Below are positions 58,292 to 64,000 of a stretch of DNA of 64,000 bases, piece by piece. The notes under the pieces are model-generated. The model was not told the DNA's origin. It did no database searches and saw only the letters and a list, made by a program, of their open reading frames with translations. Every line of letters begins with the position of its first letter. The first letter of the stretch is position 1. The translations under genes were made by a program, and so were the position numbers. Origin of the DNA: an uncultured Chloroflexia bacterium (GTDB lineage Bacteria; Chloroflexota; Chloroflexia; Thermomicrobiales; UBA6265); the NCBI GenBank assembly GCA_963724295.1, contig CAVRUC010000004.1, positions 256,001 through 320,000 on the forward strand, given 5' to 3'.

Positions 58292-59383
58292 GTGCCACCC
58301 GTGAAGATCACTCAACCCGATCCCCCGGGAGCCGTCAGGCTGGAGACGGCCGAATTCGACCTCGATGCCCTCATCGAACCCGTGCTGCTCGATGCCGTGG
58401 CTACGCTGGATGGCCGCGCCCCGCTTCTCAGCGGAATGGTTCGGTATCACCTGGGGTACGCCGGGCGCGATCTGCAACCCCTGGACCGACGAGCCGTGGA
58501 TCGCGGCAAGCGGATGCGGCCGGCGGTAGCACTCCTCGCCGCCGGCGCAGCGGGGGGTGAACCGCGAGCCGCGGCGCCTGTCGGTGCGGCGCTGGAGCTG
58601 CTGCACAACTTCTCGTTGATCCACGACGACATCCAGGACGAGAGCCCTACCCGCCGGCACCGGCCAACCGTCTGGAGCCTATGGGGCATCGGGCAGGCCA
58701 TCAACGCCGGAGACGCGCTGTTTGCCGTGGCTCACCTGCCGCTCTACCGCCTCGCTTCATCCGGTGTCACCGCGGATCTCAGCCTGCGTCTCCTCGAGGC
58801 GTTCGACCGGATGACCATCGCCATTGTCGAGGGGCAAACGCTCGACCTGACCTTCGAGGCGCGGTCAGATGTGTCGGCGGACGAATATCTGGAGATGATC
58901 GCGGGGAAGACTGCCGCGATCGTCCGCTTCGCCGCCTGGGCAGGCGCACTCCTCGGTGGGGCCAATGAAGCCGCGGCATCGCGGTGGGCCGAGTTCGGAC
59001 TCGCCCTCGGTCTCGGGTTTCAGACCCGCGACGATCTCCTCGGCATCTGGGGTGCGCAGGAAGCCACCGGCAAGGCGCCCGCCGACGATGTGCGACGCCG
59101 AAAGCAGTCCCTGCCGATCGTGATATTGCGCGATCGGCTGGACGCCACGGAGCGGGCGGAGCTCGACCGCCTGTATGCCGCTCCGAATGTCGATCGAGTA
59201 GGCGTAGCACGCGTGCTCGCACTCCTGGAGCGGGAGGGCGTGCGCCAGGAAGTCGAAGCTGTGATTGGCACCTATCACGACCGAGCGGCCACTGCGTTGC
59301 TTGCCGCTGCCCGGCCGGGCAACAACCCCGCTCGGGACCACTTGCTGACTCTGGTGGAGCGGCTTTCGTCGCGCTCCGGGTAG
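58292..59383 (+). CDS. Polyprenyl diphosphate synthase
   Basis: GKRMRP, LIHDDIQD....RR, GQ.LD, KTA, FQTRDDLLG. Confidence 0.93.
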   Translation: MPPVKITQPDPPGAVRLETAEFDLDALIEPVLLDAVATLDGRAPLLSGMVRYHLGYAGRDLQPLDRRAVDRGKRMRPAVALLAAGAAGGEPRAAAPVGAALELLHNFSLIHDDIQDESPTRRHRPTVWSLWGIGQAINAGDALFAVAHLPLYRLASSGVTADLSLRLLEAFDRMTIAIVEGQTLDLTFEARSDVSADEYLEMIAGKTAAIVRFAAWAGALLGGANEAAASRWAEFGLALGLGFQTRDDLLGIWGAQEATGKAPADDVRRRKQSLPIVILRDRLDATERAELDRLYAAPNVDRVGVARVLALLEREGVRQEVEAVIGTYHDRAATALLAAARPGNNPARDHLLTLVERLSSRSG

Positions 59384-59470
59384 GTTGCCCACTCAACCAA
59401 ACCGGGGAGCACGCGTGCTATCCTGCCCCTGTCTCGTCAATCTTCATCACAGTCATGACCGGAGTTCCTG

Positions 59471-60046
59471 GTGACCAGGATTGATCCGCGCATCGTTGCC
59501 GATCTAAAGCGAGAAAACCTGCTCAGAGAGGGCCATTGGTCGTTCCTGTATGGGGGCCACAGTCGTGGCTTGATCGATCGCGACCATCTGCTCAGCGACC
59601 CCGTCGCCGCATCTCATATGGCCTACGCACTCGCCAAGCAGTTCTTTACCGACCATATCGAAACTGTTGCCACGCCCTCGATCTGGGGTGCGGGACTGGC
59701 ACTCCTGGTCGGCGGCTTTCTCGATCCCAAGGCGAAGGTCGCCTACGCCACGCCGAGCAACGACGGCCCAACCCTGGCGCCGCAGATCGAGGATCTCGTG
59801 CGCGGCAAACGAGTCCTGCTCGTCGACAATATCATCCGCTCCGGCGAGACGATGACCCACTTCGCTGATCTGGTGGAGCGTCTCGACGGTGAGGTCATCG
59901 GCATCGCCACGTTGTGGAATCTTGCCGATGCGGAGATCGCCGGGCACCCGGTGTTCGGATTGCTCAACGCCGACTACGAGGTCTATCGAGACGGGGCCTG
60001 TCCAATGTGCATCGGCGGCTCCCAACCAGAACCGGCTCCGTATTAG
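59471..60046 (+). CDS. Orotate phosphoribosyltransferase-like (PyrE-like) PRTase, divergent
   Basis: GHW....GGHS, VLLVDNIIRSGET PRPP loop, C-terminal CPMC. Confidence 0.75.
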   Translation: MTRIDPRIVADLKRENLLREGHWSFLYGGHSRGLIDRDHLLSDPVAASHMAYALAKQFFTDHIETVATPSIWGAGLALLVGGFLDPKAKVAYATPSNDGPTLAPQIEDLVRGKRVLLVDNIIRSGETMTHFADLVERLDGEVIGIATLWNLADAEIAGHPVFGLLNADYEVYRDGACPMCIGGSQPEPAPY

Positions 60047-60075
60047 CGATCGTCGCCGGGCGCGCCCCCACTCCC

Positions 60076-60143
60076 CGACTACTCGACTCACGACTCACGA
60101 CTTACCGATTTACCGACTCACCGACTTACCGACTTACCGACCT
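60076..60143. repeat. 7/8-bp tandem array (CGACTCA / CCGACTTA)
   Basis: cgactcacgactcacgacttaccgatttaccgactcaccgacttaccgacttaccga. Confidence 0.8.
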
Positions 60144-60159
60144 AGCAGTGAGTGCCGCC

Positions 60160-60852
60160 ATGCGATCCTCTGACGAGCCAGCCGTCCAGACACCCCGCGC
60201 TGGTCGGGTCACGGCGCTCAGACCCACCAAACGCGATCCGGACCGCATCTCGGTCGATCTCGATGGTTCGTTCGCGTTTGCCCTCCCGGCGACACTCGTT
60301 GCCGACCAGCGGCTCGAAGTTGGGGATACTCTCGATGGCGAGCGGGTCAGCGCGCTGCTGGCGGCAGATCAGGCGTCTCGCGCCACCGAGGCCGCGCTGG
60401 TGTTCCTCAGCTACCGTCCCCGCTCCGAGAAGGAAGTTCGCGATCGCCTTCGCCGCGGCGGCTACGAGCAAGACGCGATCGACCACGCGATCTCGCGACT
60501 GCATGAGTGGCGCTACCTCGACGATGCCGATTTCGCGCGGCGCTGGGTCGAGAATCGCACGGCGCACCGACCCCGCGGCAAGCGGTTGCTCCAGCAGGAG
60601 CTCCGCCACAAGGGCATCGACACCGAAACGGCACGCGACGCGATCGACGATGCTGGCCTGGATGAAACAGGCGCAGCCGAGGATCTTGCGCGCCGTCGCC
60701 TACCCGCGTATGCCGGGGATGATCCGGCCGCGATTCGGCGTCGCCTCGGCGCCTACCTCGCTCGCCGTGGCTATGGTTACGACATCATTCGGATAGCCCT
60801 CGATCGCGCGCTCGGCGAGACCGAGGACGAGGGTGACGTGGGTGATGGGTGA
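60160..60852 (+). CDS. recX: Regulatory protein RecX
   Basis: LSYRPRSEKE, YLDDADFA..W, G..LL.QELRHKGI, LARRGY. Confidence 0.92.
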   Translation: MRSSDEPAVQTPRAGRVTALRPTKRDPDRISVDLDGSFAFALPATLVADQRLEVGDTLDGERVSALLAADQASRATEAALVFLSYRPRSEKEVRDRLRRGGYEQDAIDHAISRLHEWRYLDDADFARRWVENRTAHRPRGKRLLQQELRHKGIDTETARDAIDDAGLDETGAAEDLARRRLPAYAGDDPAAIRRRLGAYLARRGYGYDIIRIALDRALGETEDEGDVGDG

Positions 60853-60975
60853 CGGGGTGGCAAGGTGGCAGGGAGAACGACGTCTCACCTCCTGCCACCC
60901 TGCCACCACGAGCGGAGCGAGTAACCACCCTATCACCCATCACCGTGAGCGCAGCGAACACCCACCCAGCACCCC
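60841..60975. repeat. Composite inverted/tandem repeat element related to 17520-17625
   Basis: GGGTGA and GGTGGCA units versus TGCCACC and TCACCC units; shared 20-mer. Confidence 0.6.
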
Positions 60976-61175
60976 CGTCAGTGGTATACTAATTACCCGT
61001 GGGAAAGGGCGCATGGACGCCTGATCGCGCGAGCGCAGATCACTTCCCCATTGAGCTTGAATCGTCCCGCCGCGTCGCCGGAATCCGGCGCCGGGGCGTC
61101 GTTTGTTTTCATTGCCGCCGCGCGATGACGGGATTCGCGCATGCCTGAGAAGGGCACTGGAAAGACTGAAATCCC

Positions 61176-63555
<2,380 letters not shown>

Positions 63556-63694
63556 TCATCCGCCAGTCTGGCACCGCGCCGACCCAATCCGGCAATCCCC
63601 TAAGTGGTCTGAAACTTGCAGTGGCAGCGACGCCTGGTGTCCTCTCGATGCGACATGCCGGGCGTAGCCCATCGAATCAGACCGGGAGGAAGCC

Positions 63695-64000
63695 ATGGTG
63701 CGCAGACGTTCTTTACTGGCAACGGTGATGGCGGTTGTCCTGCTCTGCACGGGAATGACGAGTGTTGCGGCGCAAGAGGCAACGCCCACCGCCGCGACAT
63801 TTGCCGACACGATGGGCTTGCCCGAGCTGCGGGTGCGAGCTACTGACACTGCCTTTGAGGGTTTGCCAGCGGATACCTCGGCCGGTCGCTACCTGCTGAC
63901 GCTGGAGGTCGAGGCTGCGGAAGGCGCTGGCCTCAACTTTTTGAAGTTACCGGAGGGTATGACCTTCGATGACTTCATGGCGCTGCTAGCCGGCCCACCC
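63695..64000 (+). CDS. Secreted hypothetical protein, 3' truncated
   Basis: SD GGAGG; MVRRRSLLATVMAVVLL...VAA-QEATP; frame open to the window end. Confidence 0.75.
   Translation, partial: MVRRRSLLATVMAVVLLCTGMTSVAAQEATPTAATFADTMGLPELRVRATDTAFEGLPADTSAGRYLLTLEVEAAEGAGLNFLKLPEGMTFDDFMALLAGPP

Noticed and set aside
60160..60852. recX without adjacent recA as a novelty
   Set aside because: Unlinked recX is common in several phyla

Overview
High-GC bacterial chromosomal segment, probably Chloroflexota/Thermomicrobiales. That assignment is an inference from gene content and the many secreted proteins beginning 'AQ(D/E)(A/S)TP'. It holds about 60 CDS, mostly housekeeping and metabolic: hflX, mglA-like, ilvD, ilvE, tyrS, pyrG, recX, PBP1A, Mrp/ApbC, PPK2, a cyclic-amide hydrolase operon, and CoA-transferase/acyl-CoA ligase genes. 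I recognised no rRNA, tRNA, CRISPR array, transposase or prophage. Five apparent +1 frameshifts in four genes look like assembly errors. The best candidate for a little-described system is an ECF sigma factor directly followed by a Cys/His zinc-binding anti-sigma (zf-HC2/ZAS) domain joined, across one frameshift, to an O6-alkylguanine DNA alkyltransferase. This suggests an Ada-independent alkylation-sensing switch. Other notable items are a probable ATT start for hflX; several enzymes missing canonical catalytic residues (ArgH-like, GctB-like, PyrE-like, MBL-fold); tandem secreted SodC-like domains that are circularly permuted relative to a third copy; an Lrp regulator with an AT-hook-like tail; and many 7-9 bp tandem or inverted repeat elements. 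All family calls are by-eye motif recognition, not database searches.
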